A stretch of DNA of 64,000 nucleotides. Origin: Callorhinchus milii (taxonomy: Eukaryota). The stretch spans positions 20,336,001 through 20,400,000 of the forward strand of contig NW_024704748.1 in NCBI RefSeq assembly GCF_018977255.1, in the 5' to 3' direction. This document shows positions 1 through 12,243 of the stretch, piece after piece. The position numbers were made by a program, and so were the translations under genes. How positions within the stretch are numbered: the stretch's first letter is position 1; the number at the start of each line of letters is the position of its first letter. The notes beneath the pieces were generated by a model that was not told the DNA's origin, ran no database searches, and worked only from the letters and a program-made list of their open reading frames with translations.

Positions 1-338
1 CCCACTTAATGGCAATGAAACTAAATTAAAGGGCAAAATGAAACTTTGCATGGCTATACTTGGTACCAGTGAACACATATGAGAAAAGCGTACGGGGAGA
101 TGGAGAGGGTGGGGGCGAAGACACAACAATGCAAACACAAGCTGTATGATTTAAAGTTATAGCAGCCCATATTTTAAGTGTATTTTGAGCTTATTCACCA
201 TCAAGTTTTAAATGTAATTCTTTAAAGCAATATTTTACATTCCTTCCCCCAACCCTCTTCCCACTACAGCCATGTTGAGGTTCTTGCTGTTAGCCTGCCT
301 AGCCCAGCAAACTCCTCATACTGGAATCAAGACCACAT

Positions 339-606
339 ACAAAAACAGAAGTCGCTGGGAACACTCAGCAGGTCAGGCAGCATCTATGGAGAAAGGAAAG
401 CGAGTCAACATTTCAGATCCACGACCCTTCGTCAGAACTGGAGGAGACCCACTTTGTCAGAACTTGGAAGACTCCAGCACTGACGAAGGGTCGTGGACCC
501 GAAACGTTGACACACTTTCCTTTCTCCATAGATGCTGTCTGACCTGCTGAGTGTTCCCAACAACTTCTGTTTTTGTTTCAGATTTCCAGCACCTGCAGTA
601 TTTTGC
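339..606. mobile_element. Penelope-like element terminal repeat in inverted (palindromic) arrangement, with hammerhead-like cores
   Basis: Arms of about 95 bp (339-436 and 480-576) are reverse complements; the same sequence lies downstream of a GIY-YIG-like remnant at 11345-11905 and again at 49331-49549. Confidence 0.75.
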
Positions 607-897
607 AATTTGTTTTAAGGTTACAAACAGTTTGTTCAACAAGAGATATCAGTGGTATTTTAGATAGAAAGATTATAGCTTCTTCATCACACGGAATAAA
701 AGGCAACTTATGTGAAAAAATTTAAAACTTAGTATTAGTTCAGTATTAAACAGCAGTATTAGTGCTGTCAAGAGTTGAAAGCAGCTTTATGTACTCCAAG
801 AAGCTACTCTGTGTGAAGGGCACTATATAAATGCAAGTTTTTTTTGTAAGTTCTTTTGATGGAAACTTGTACTGCTATCCTGCGTACAAATACTTAC

Positions 898-986
898 TCA
901 TAGCTTTCGGCAGAAATGTACACTCCATTTTTCTCCCTTGCTGAAGCAAGATCCCTCTTGAGCCTTTCAATTTCTTCAGTGTACTC
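898..986 (-). CDS. KIF11: KIF11 coding exon 11 in window ([24 protein letters not shown]...), neck coil; gene continues beyond left edge
   Basis: 89 nt, ag/gt bounded, phase consistent with the previous exon. Confidence 0.93.
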
Positions 987-1840
987 CTGGAATAAAAAAA
1001 ATCCATAATTGTAGAACAGCAGTAAATATGCACAGTAGTTTGGTGGTGGTGAACTGGGGGGCGGGGGATTTTTTGTAAAATACTTTGTAAAATCAAACCA
1101 TCTACATTATTTTGAATTCAAATACATTTACACCATGTCAGCTAATGTTTTCATACCATAACAAAGATTTGACAAATTTAGGGTCAATTCAGGCACAGAG
1201 TTTATGGTAAAGGCCCTAAAATAGCCTAAAGGCCCTACTGAAATTGACATAGTAGCACTGAGGAAGTTATGCATGACTTTGCTCTTCTGAATAGTTTTGT
1301 TTCCTTAAAATCATTTTCATTTCAATAAATTTCCATAATATTGTTTGACTTTTACAAATCTGCAACCAATACCCGCCCCCCACCCACCGGCTACACGCAG
1401 CACAGACTGCCGTTAGGTTTCCATGGGCTAATGATAGAAAAATCAAAACTAAATGGTTAAGAAAGTCTCCCACCCCCAAAACTAAATGGTTGAGAATGTC
1501 AACAGCCCTTGATTTTGGAAACTCTGGTAAAGAAGGGGGACAAAACTAAAACATTCAGTCTCCATACCATCTATTTTGCAGGCTATAACCTAAAGACATA
1601 TACCGTTAAACAATTTATTGTCACTACTGATAAAATATTCACTTTTTGCCGTGGTTAGAATTTTCAAAACAAGGGAAACAGAATGCATTGCATACCCTCC
1701 CATCCTTAGTGCAAAGAGAAAAATTTCATTCAAATGGTGCTTTTAACCACATACCATCTATTTTGCAGGTTTACCCCAGTGAATCAATATTCTAGCCAAG
1801 CACAGAAGCTCAATTTGAAACAAAGCAACATGTTGAATAC

Positions 1841-1936
1841 CTTAATCAGAGCCTTCTTGGTGAGCTTCTGGTTGACTTCAGGTTTGTTCATGATGTTCTT
1901 TGCCCGGCAAGCGTAATCCAGAGTGCTGAGAGTTTC
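1841..1936 (-). CDS. KIF11: KIF11 exon ([32 protein letters not shown])
   Basis: 96 nt, canonical splice sites, end of motor domain and neck linker. Confidence 0.95.
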
Positions 1937-2105
1937 CTGTAATTCAAAAGGAAGTTCTATCAAGTTGATGCAGTACTCGTCACCTGCATTTATACACAAA
2001 TTTCAGACTAATTGGTCATCAATTAAACAACAACATTTTACACCAAAAAGGCATTACACAAATTCAAGTAGTTGCTGTCATTCTAATGGACAGCTCAACG
2101 TGCTA

Positions 2106-2231
<126 letters not shown>

Positions 2232-2922
2232 TCAAAAAAAATTTCAGAACTAATAAGAGAACCCACTATGTGGTCATTTTCTGACTGAATGTACAAGAAT
2301 GAAATTAATACACTTTGAAAATCCACTTCATAACTTAAAGTTACCACTTGAATTAGCAAACATTACCTGCCAAAATTCACTTTATCCAGCTTAAAAATGT
2401 ATTCCCCACAATTTCATTCCCAAACAGACCCTCTCAAACAAAAAATGTTAACCTGGACTTTACACACCAACTTTGTGCTGAATCAATATAAATACCTAAG
2501 AATGTTGATGATCAATCAATAGATCTGTTGAGTCAAAACCATAACTGAAACTGCATTTCATCGTCTTCCATCGTGCAAAGTTCTCACTCAAAAGCATGTG
2601 AAATACTTCAACACAGAGTACAACTACTGGCGTTTTAGAGGTCCTTACACTCGTATGAAAAGCCACATTCATTTCAGATACTGCAATTTAGTTTAATGGC
2701 ACTTAAATGTGTCCAAAAAAATAGCTAAAAGAGCAAATGGCCCAGATCCATATTCCTGTACTAACTGTACTTTTACCTCTGTCATGTCAGGAATATTTAT
2801 TAAGCTTACTTTAGTTTAGGCTTCAGATATAGGGATCCAATTTGAGACATTTGCGGACCAGTCTATATTTTTGCCAAATGTAACTCCTGGGCAAAGGTGT
2901 TCATGGCTGGCAAGTTAACTCA

Positions 2923-3102
<180 letters not shown>

Positions 3103-3633
3103 TCAGCGAAGCATGGAAATTCAATATGTATTTGGTTTGCTATATTAGGATATCCTGACTTTGTACACGACACTGAGACAAGTCCTGGACAGACATGAAA
3201 CCGGATTGGGAGGGACTTTGACAGGAAGGAATGTAACTGGCAACATTGAGTTCCAGCCCCTTTAAGAGGAAGAGCAGATTGGGGATGGGACAAGAGCCAG
3301 TGAGTTTGAAGCTTGAAGTCAAGGGTTGAGAAGTAATAGCGGTTTGGAAACGGTCATTTCAATGGTTCAACTTACAGAAATATTGCATTTAAAATGGATA
3401 AAGGTTTATTAATGTCGAAAAATCTCAGTGAAATATTACACCCGAGAGTTAATGACAAGGTAAATATGTCCAGGAGCAGCACTACACCAGAAGATACATT
3501 AGCCTTAGTAAAACCTGGTTGTTAGTCGATTGGCAGATCATTTCTGTGAAGTGCTTTGAGACGTTTCAACAATGTGATAAGGCGCTATATCAAATGCAAG
3601 GATTATAGGATTATTATAAAACCCTACACTTAC

Positions 3634-3724
3634 CAAATTCAGTTTGCCAATCTTCACTAGCTCCTCGCCATCAAGTGTTGTCTCCTTCATATGGATTGTA
3701 ATGGAAAACACTGAATGGGAACGA
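3634..3724 (-). CDS. KIF11: KIF11 exon ([30 protein letters not shown])
   Basis: 91 nt, switch I SSRSH formed across the junction. Confidence 0.96.
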
Positions 3725-4401
3725 CTAGAATAAACCAGAAAAACATATTTAAGCACGATTGTACCAATTAGTAAATGTTCTAGCTAATGAAATCAAACAT
3801 CAAACAAGTAAATGGCAAATAAAGCACAATTGGCAAGCTGTGGATGTTATAAACAAAACTTGTTGCACAATCTCAGATAAATAGAATGACCTCATTGTTT
3901 TAATTAACCCAACCCTATTCAGACCTTCCCAATCCTGAAGGTTCAGTTTCAGACCAGGCCATGTTCATATGCATAAACATATGATCCTGGCAATAACAAA
4001 ACCAGTTTATGTTAAAGGATAACGAGGAAAGTCCCTTTGCAGGATGCCATGAAAAGTTTGCAGACAGTTTTTGTTTCATCAAGGCCTGGCTAAGATAGCT
4101 ACAGAAGCTTTATGTCATAGAATGTCTTGCCACAACTCAAGACTGTGTCTTTGTACACGAGTGTATAGGAGGGAAGAAAAAGAAACAGACCAGGCTGATG
4201 GTGCCATATGGTGCCCCAGCATTCAAACTCCAAAATCAGCGTCAACAAATATAAAAATAGGTAACAGGAAGAATGCTTGTAGATTTTTTTAAATATAAAT
4301 CGGATACGTGCTAAAGGGCTTAACCTCAGGTATCTCTTTAACATAATGCCTCAAGTCCACATTTTAATGCTACCGGTTCTTCAAATACGATTTGGCTGTA
4401 C

Positions 4402-4526
4402 CTAGAGTATGCATTCATGAGAGTCGCAGCTGTTCTCCTCTTTGCCGCTCCTCTCTCCAGGATCTGGTAAACTTCATCTTTGTTATGGACAGAAATTTCT
4501 TCCAGGCCTTTGATTATCACACCCCT
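4402..4526 (-). CDS. KIF11: KIF11 exon ([41 protein letters not shown])
   Basis: 125 nt, canonical sites. Confidence 0.96.
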
Positions 4527-4651
4527 CTACCGTACCACAAGGAAAGAGAAAAATATTATTTCACCAAATCAGTTCTGAATTCTGGACCATTAAATGCTTC
4601 ACTTTTCTGTAGTTTTTCCAAATAAATAATTACTAAATCAATGGAAGGTAC

Positions 4652-4837
4652 CTTATTACGGGGGTCATCAAACATCTGCAGCCTCTCACTGACATCAGGG
4701 GAAGGGCTCAGAAGGTCAAAGAGCTCTTCATTATAGATTTCCAGTAAAGATACTTTCACAGAGAATTCTGTACCTTGTGCTGCAAGTTTCTCAAAGATCT
4801 GATGCAGTGTACGTGGGATAACACCTGCCAAAGGATC
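4652..4837 (-). CDS. KIF11: KIF11 exon ([18 protein letters not shown]...MFDDPRNK)
   Basis: 186 nt, canonical sites, [14 protein letters not shown] motif. Confidence 0.96.
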
Positions 4838-5984
4838 CTTAAAGAACACAAACAGAACAATGATGACATTTTATTAGCACGGTCTCCAATTTTGCAAATA
4901 TTTAGGCAACAGCTCAAATCATGTTTAGTGGCAGAATCTTTTCAAGCTTGTCCTTAGGATAACACATGTTAATATTTGATATGAAAAATATCATGTTTCC
5001 AGATACTATTGGGATCAAAATTCAAGTCAATTGCTACAGTTCTCCCTCTTTTGTAATCCTGAATCCAAGGAACATTTGCAACAAAATCACACAAGATCAG
5101 CCGCACATCTCAACAGATTGCAATAAGAGTTTGATATCCTTTGGGCAAATTTACCATTAACCTAAAAGCTGGGAAGCTTTTAAGTAATTCTGCTGCCATT
5201 CATTTGCCTCTTGCTTCTTCTTTGATGCTACAAAGTAGAAGCAACCAGTCACCTGGAGGAAGAGAAACTCTGTTCTAAGACTGCTCCATTATTTGTCTCT
5301 CAATCTCTCGTAGTAAGTTACTCAAGTCTACTTGGCAACTAGATTGAAAGTGTTTGATGTCACAGTTCATCAGGCATAAACAAATGAATATCCTTTCCTG
5401 CTTTAAGAGCAGTTGCTCTCAGATTCCCACCTAATGAGAAAGAACCTCCACCGCCATCAATTTAATTAAATTTTCACTACACGTGTTCTTTCAGAGACAC
5501 TTCCTTAATCCATTCTAAATTTGAATAGCAGTATGAATTATTGAAATCATACACCTCACCTTCAGATTGATGGGAGACCATTACATTTATTATATGACGG
5601 TTTTGCAAAACATTATCTTCAACTCGATTGGCAGGATTTAATCATAAGTGAATTCCCTCCCCCCTTACACAATTAACACCAGATTTTGGTATCGTATTGT
5701 GTAACCAATGGAAAGCATCATTCTGCTTGTTGAGTATTCTTCAAATAACATCCGCCGTAAAGACGATCCAGACTAGGAAATGGGTGGAATAATAAAAAAA
5801 TGCTCCTTTAAGATGTTGGAATGTAAAGAATATTCGCACTCTATGCCACACATTTCCACGTCCCTTAAAAGTATGGCCCTGGCTAAAGTTATGAGATAGC
5901 TTTGAACAAAAATCCTCAGTAAACTTATTTTTATTTTGGGTCCAGCTAATGGGGAAATTATGAGACTGATTCTCTGTAACTCAC

Positions 5985-6063
5985 CTCTTCCCAGGTATAT
6001 TGCTCATTTTGTGATCTTTCACCTTCCATGGTGAAGGTTTTTCCTGAACCAGTTTGTCCATAT
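5985..6063 (-). CDS. KIF11: KIF11 exon ([26 protein letters not shown]), P-loop and Eg5 loop L5
   Basis: 79 nt, Walker A GQTGSGKT. Confidence 0.96.
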
Positions 6064-7042
6064 CTGCATCAAGATCCAAGGGAAGATTTAATTTATGAAA
6101 CTGTACATTCTGTGCTTAAAACAAAAACCCTACCTCAGTAAGAGTCCAAAAATGCTTTAATGGCAAAAATAAATTACACCGATATAAATCTTGCCCAGAA
6201 AAAGATTACGCCCTCTGGCTGGTTACATCATTCCCCTGTGAGAAAGTAGCAAGGATTTTAATGCTGCCAACATCTGCTTTTATCTGTGCCAAACAGGACA
6301 ATGCAGCTTTGACCTTCAATTCATGGTGTGTAATTTTGCTGCATGATCTAATGGGAAGCAGATTAATTAATATTAAAAGATGAGTGTACTGCACTTCCTG
6401 TATAGGTTAGACCACTGGAAACCCTTGCTATAAAACAGACCCTCACTGAACCAGGATACCTTATAAAAGAATTACCCTGTATTAGCTGTGTGGATAAGAT
6501 TCTTGATTTTCAAACTTTTACCAATTTATACACAAAAAATTGTAAATAATAGATTCCTGCCATAAGGTTTGGCGTATCCTAGCTGCAGAGATGTAGCATC
6601 TGTTGTTTATCACTTCTCCTTGTCTCCTCTCCAGAACACAAAAAAGATCCAAATCAAAACAAAGGAGGCAGAATAGTTAGCTGCACAAATTTCATCCCAA
6701 ACAGGCTTTTGTGCCTTGTTATCATCTGATATGAAATAAAAAGTTATTAATTCCTAGCAAAATATATAAAACGCTCAATGAAAACTCAGAAAAGGTTACG
6801 AGCAAAATCACCATCAAGGATTACAGTGTCACACCCGGAAAAAAAAACTCCCAAGTGTTAAAAAGACCACAAGATCAAAGAGCAAACACGGGAAGTCTAT
6901 GGGTTAAGAGATTTAACCTAATTTACCACATAACACTGAATCATATTCCAGCAGTTCAATTATTTTACATGAGCTCAGAGAAACCTGTAACGATTTCACT
7001 TGACAGTTCAGTACAGACTTGAAATGGTCAAAATTCAGCTTA

Positions 7043-7189
<147 letters not shown>

Positions 7190-7223
7190 TTACGTTTCTG
7201 GGGCCTATAGCACAATCACCTAC

Positions 7224-7356
7224 CATGTCAAATGTGTATTTTTTGGCTCCTTTCTCACTCCCTGGACCTGAAGTCCGCACAGCCACTTCTTTTTTTACAC
7301 TCTCACAGTCAATCACATTGTGAGAGTTTGCCTTGCGCTCTGATACATTGAAAGGC
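7224..7356 (-). CDS. KIF11: KIF11 exon (PFNVSERKANSHNVIDCESVKKEVAVRTSG...YTFDM)
   Basis: 133 nt, canonical sites. Confidence 0.95.
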
Positions 7357-7699
7357 CTGTGGAAACCAATGCAAATGGTTTAATATTGCAACATTTGAAT
7401 TAAGTCAAACCTCTTGGAATCGTAAGGAATTATGTATTTTAAAAAAGGAGCATTGAAATCAAAGATTAAATCATCATTTAGTTCTGTTATAGTCTGTAGC
7501 CAATGCATTGGTTGAGATGACAAGTGAAAGCAAATGATCAGAAACCTTACCGGGAACAACAACAACTTGCATTGATATAGGGCCCTTCACGCAGGGGTAG
7601 CGCTTAACAGTGATGCAGTCTGACCCCGAGCCAGGGCAAGAGGGAGGGGGCAAGGTGACCACAAGCATGATCAAAAAGCAAGATCTTTAGGCTTTATGT

Positions 7700-7830
7700 A
7701 TTTGAAAGTGGGCAGGGAGCAAAGCAGAGGGATTGAGGGAGGGAGTTCCAGAGCTTTGGGGCGTAGTGGCTGAAAACACTGCCGCTGATGGTGGAGTGGG
7801 GAGGGCGAGGCACGAATAGGAGGCCGGAGC
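7700..7830 (-). mobile_element. Degraded L2 LINE 3' fragment
   Basis: Resembles the L2 3' regions at 29090-29230 and 57060-57180. Confidence 0.5.
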
Positions 7831-7965
7831 TGTCCAAATAAATACACATCATAAGATTTGTTAAACTTTAAAGTTCATGCACCTAGAATCTTACAGATAA
7901 CATTGAGTCAGCTAGTAACATGAGGTAATACCCAGCTAGTAAAGTTAAGTAAGTTTCTTCCTTAC

Positions 7966-8039
7966 CTGCATCGTACAACCACCTGTATATTCTTGCCCTT
8001 CTCTTCTCTTTTACTCGTATAACTATTTTGCATAGACAT
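7966..8039 (-). CDS. KIF11: KIF11 first coding exon (MSMQNSYTSKREEKGKNIQVVVRCR); exon begins at a splice acceptor at 8063
   Basis: ATG at 8039, KNIQVVVRCR kinesin-5 N-terminus, gtaag donor, upstream tttatgtag acceptor. Confidence 0.94.
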
Positions 8040-8183
8040 TTTCAATTTTCTTTACCAGGACACCTACATAAACAAAAAGTGTAGTAAACGTCAAACTTAA
8101 TTCCATAGCAAAAGTATATTTTCTACATTTACACTTCTATATTCTCCATATAGTCCTGTAACTCAGTGGTTACACTCACCTCA

Positions 8184-9625
8184 CAACGACAGCAAAATTA
8201 CATTTGTATAGCGCCTTGCACCTCGAGAGGACCTCCCAAGGCGCTGATCAGAGTTACGGACCAGAGCTGAGGGTCGGGGTGGGGAAAGGTGGAGGCAGGG
8301 GGGGGTGGAAGCAGGGAGATCGAAAGCAGTGAGTTTGCGTAGTCGAGCCTTGATGTAATGAAGGCATGGATGAGGGTTTCGGCGGTTGCGGTGTGAGACA
8401 GTGTCAGAGACGGGCGAAGTTGTGGAGGTGGGGGACGGCAGAGCGGATCATGGCGCAGATGTGGGGTAGAAAGGATAGTTGAGTCAAACAAGACCCCAAG
8501 GTTCCAGATTGGCTTAGTAAGGTGGAATGTTCAACCATGGATGGCGATGCTGTCAGCGTCTGAGGTGAGGAGGCGATAACGGGAGCCAATCAGGAGAGTC
8601 TCAGTCTTGTTGGCGTTCAACTGAAGGATGTTAGTTCTCATCCAGGACTTGATATCTGACAGACATTCTGTCAGGACAGCAGTGGTCCTGGAGTCGAGGG
8701 TGGAAGCAGAGTTGGGTGTCATCTGCATACAGCTGGAAGTTGACCCCATAACTGCGGATGATGTCACCAAGAGGGAGCATATAGATACTGAAGAGGGGGG
8801 GACTAAGGCCAGAGCCCTGAGGAGCACTGCACGAGACGGTCCAGGGGCTAGAGGAGAAGCTGTTTGAGGAGATGAAGTGCAGGCGGTATGAGAGGTACGA
8901 TCTGAACCAATAAAGGACAGCGCTGTGGAGGTTGAGGTGAGAGGCGGTGGATGAAGATAGAGTGGTCGACGGTGTCGAAAGCAGCAAAGAGTTCAAGGAG
9001 GATGAGGAGGTAGAGGGAGCCCTGGTCACAGATGGACAGAATGTAATTTGTCACTTTGACTAGGGTGGTTTCTGTGCTGTGGAGGGGTTCGAGAAGAGAG
9101 TGGCTGTAGAGGAAGGCGTGACCTTGGAGAGGAAGGGGAGGTTGGAGATGGGGTGGTAGTTAGGGAAGTTAGGGTAGTTAGAGAAGGGTACAAGGGAGGT
9201 TTTTTTTTGTTTTTTTAAGGATAGGAGTGATACAGCGTTTTTTTAAAGCGGTGGGAACAGTACCAGAGGACTGGGAGAGGTTAACAATGTTAGTGAGTAG
9301 AGGGACAAGGAAGTGGAGCTGGGGGGTAAAGAGGGGGGCAGGGATGGTGTCGAGGAAGCAGGTGGTGGGTTTCATATAGGTTATGGTAGTGATGAGAGAG
9401 GAGCGGGAGACAGGTTCCAATGTGGAGCGGGAAGGGTGGGTAGGGGCTGGGTGGGAGGGGGTAGCAGTTGCAGAGGCAGCAGAGCGGCTTCCCTCGACTT
9501 TGGATTTGAGGAAGGCCAGCATCGCCTCTCAGTTGGCATTTGAGGTGAGGATGGGTGAGGCGTGAGAGGGTGGACGGAGGAGCTGGTTTGTGATGGAGAA
9601 AAGGAGCTTGGGGTTGAGAAGCAAT
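8184..9625 (-). mobile_element. L2-clade LINE remnant (frameshifted RT region plus 3' tail) inserted in a SINE head
   Basis: Translated fragments AAFDTVDH, PQGSGLSPPLFSIY, QLYADDTQL, LQLNANKTE, ETLIHAFITSRLDYANSLL. Confidence 0.9.
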
Positions 9626-9627
9626 AA

Positions 9628-9750
9628 CTCGCAAGCGAAAGACCTGGGTTTGATTCCCAGTAGGGCAAAATGTTGGGCAAATTTCCTTACTCCACATGCC
9701 TCTGTTTACCTAGCAGTAAGTAGGAATTGGTTGTTAGTCGATTGGCGGAT
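9628..9750 (+). mobile_element. Older tRNA-derived SINE subfamily, continuing the head fragment at 8152-8186
   Basis: Matches intact older copies at 13697-13925 and 34958-35290. Confidence 0.7.
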
Positions 9751-9934
9751 TGCTTTTCCAAGAGTTGCGGAGTTCTGGATGATTAGCAGCTTGTGAAGGG
9801 AAGAGCTGGAAAACCAACAAAGGGGGGCTTGGCATAGTCTAATCTAGATGTGATAAACGCGTGGATAAGAGTTTTGGTGGACTAAGGGCAGAGCCAGGCG
9901 ATGTTACAGATGTGGGGGAATGCAGGGTGGGTCA

Positions 9935-10100
9935 TATAATAATCATTTGATATAGCGCCTTATCACGTCTTCGAGACATCTCAAAGCGCTTCACAGAATA
10001 TACCGTAAAGTGAATTGACTGTATATTTTGTAAGCGAAATGCGGCAGACAATTGCACACTGTAGTGTCCCACAAACAGTAGTGGATTGAGTGACCAAATT
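9935..10100 (-). mobile_element. SINE 3' portion
   Basis: Reverse complement of the shared SINE body and tail. Confidence 0.75.
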
Positions 10101-10634
10101 ATTTTTGAAAGAATTTTTGACACGAATGTAGGGTAGAAAAACCTTTTGTGATTTTTNAACCTAAAGATAACCAACTTTTGCCACTAAATAAAGTGATGCC
10201 ACAGTAGTACCTCTCCCCAGACATAACGTGTACTTCAATCAGAATTTGGACACAAGGTCCAGGCTGACACTGTAGTGCAGATTTGGTTGAGGTGCAATCC
10301 TTCCAATGAAACTTTCAACCGAGAAGCCTAATCTGTATGTTTTAGAAGACACGAAAGATTTCACAACACTAATTAAAGCGAAGTTTCTCCCCATAACAAG
10401 GAATAAGCTGGGTCTATAATGGGATGTGGTCATGGATCAAATATCTATCTTTCTGATAGAAAATCAACATGAGCTAAAATTCACATATTATACACTAAAA
10501 AATTTTTTCAAATTCATTCAATTTACCCAGACATTTCAACAAAAGGAAAAATGCAATTTTAGAAAACAGAACAGTTTGGTTAACCAGCTTATTTAACCTG
10601 ATGCAGGTTTACCACTTACAATACATGAGTACTG

Positions 10635-10966
10635 TAATAATAATAATAATAATCCTTGCATTTGATATAGCGCTTTTCACGTCGGGAGGACGTCCCAAAG
10701 CGCTTCACAGAACACACTGTAAAGTGAATTGACTGTATATTTGTGGGCGAACGCGACAGCCAATTGCGCACAGCAATGTCCCACAAACAGTCGTAGATTG
10801 AAAATGACCAATTTTTTTTTATTATTGTTTTTTTTGGTTTTTTTGGAGGGATTATTATTAGGCGTGTGGAGTAAGGAAACTTGCCCAAGGTTTCGCCCTG
10901 CCTGGAATTGAACTCAGGTCTCTCGCTTGCAAAGCGAGTGCTCTAACCACTGAGCTACAGAACTCC
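10635..10966 (-). mobile_element. Full-length young tRNA-Ala(UGC)-derived SINE with (ATT)n tail
   Basis: Pol III A box TAGCTCAGTGG and B box GAGTTCAATTCC; near-identical to other copies in the window. Confidence 0.92.
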
Positions 10967-10992
10967 ACTGTATATGCTGAACATACTAAAAG

Positions 10993-11203
10993 TAATAATA
11001 ATAATAATCCTTGCATTTGATATAGCGCTTTTCACGTCGGGAGGACGTCCCAAAGCGCTTCACAGAACACTGTAAAGTGAATTGACTGTATATTTGTGGG
11101 TGAACGCGGCAGCCAATTGCGCACAGCAATGTCCCACAAACAGTCGTAGATTGAAAATGACCAATTTATTATTGTTTTTGGAGGGATTATTATTAGGCGT
11201 GTG
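10993..11203 (-). mobile_element. 5'-truncated young SINE
   Basis: Near-identical to the 3' two-thirds of the adjacent copy. Confidence 0.9.
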
Positions 11204-11344
11204 GTTTTATTCCCATCCTAATGAAAAGGTACAATTGTTTTTATATAAAGGAAAACGTTTCTGTAATATTTTTAAAATACTGCAGCAGAAGGAAACTCTT
11301 TTTTAAATGCTGTTTTTAAATTATCTGCTGCTCAAGCACAACCC

Positions 11345-11905
11345 TGAGCTTCCAATTTCAACTCTCCCTCCCACTCTGACCTCTCCATCCACGGTCTCCT
11401 ACACTGTTCCAATGAGCCACAACGCAAACTCGAAGAACAGCTCCTCATTTATCTACTAAGGGACCTTACAACCCTCTGGCCTCAATATTGATTTCAACAA
11501 TTTCAGACCATAACAGCTCACATTCCCCCTCCCCCTCTTCTGTGACCATTACATTATCTTGGTCCCAGACACACCTTTTCACTCTCTGGTCTGCCTGTTT
11601 TGTTGCAATCCACCCCTTGTTCTGCAGTATAAACACCTCTATTCCCCTGCTTTGCTGCAATCCCCCCCCACCTTTGTTTTGCATCATTAACACCTCTCTA
11701 ATTCATCATCCGCTGTCCTCTACCCCATTTTCTCTTCGTCTTCCTTGCCCTGCCTCCCCCCTTCTCTGTTAGCCCTTAAAAGCCTCTCCCTCTCAATATG
11801 CCCCAGTTATGACGAAGGGTCGTGGTCCCGAAACGTTGACTCACTTTCCTTTCTCCATAAATGCTGCCTGACCTGCTGAGTGTTCCCGGCGACTTCTGTT
11901 TTTGT
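11345..11905 (+). mobile_element. Penelope-like retroelement 3' fragment (GIY-YIG endonuclease C-terminus plus terminal repeat)
   Basis: Frameshifted translation HSDLSIHGLLHCSNEPQRKLEEQLLIY..TLQPSGLNIDFNNFR resembles PLE ORF ends; followed by the repeat seen at 480-576. Confidence 0.75.
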
Positions 11906-12014
11906 TACCAAAGCAATTCCTTCTTCTCACAAGAATATTGCCTGCATCACCAAGATACCACCACATTTGAGCCAACGCGTATTTCTCGAATCACGTGCAT
12001 GAAATTGAACTCAC

Positions 12015-12170
12015 CAAAAGCACGGGAGGGTTCATCCGGTAACGTCGGACACTTGTGTGGAAAAATACCGTTTGCGCCTCCTCCGCGGCACGTCAACGCA
12101 ACCGATTAAACAAAAGCACCGAAAAGCCGCGGCTCTCCTTCGGTCAGTCCCTGTTCTCGGTCTCACAGAT
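12015..12170 (-). other. KIF11: Putative non-coding first exon of KIF11
   Basis: Donor TTG|GTGAGT at 12015/12014 inside a CpG island; the ATG exon has its own acceptor; the 5' end is approximate. Confidence 0.6.
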
Positions 12171-12171
12171 C

Positions 12172-12243
12172 ATTTAAAAGTCGCGCTTCCGGACGCTTCA
12201 ACCAATCAGACTGAACGACTGTTGCAACCACGGCTGTGATTGG
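12172..12243 (-). promoter_or_regulatory. KIF11 promoter: CDE/CHR-like element, ETS-like CCGGAAG and two CCAAT boxes
   Basis: Minus strand reads AAGCGC-GACT-TTTAAA; CCAAT at 12202-12206 and ATTGG at 12239-12243; CpG-rich region about 11975-12470. Confidence 0.65.

Noticed and set aside
8198-9522. Reverse transcriptase-like ORFs as an active gene
   Set aside because: Multiple frameshifts and deletions mark this as a dead L2 copy
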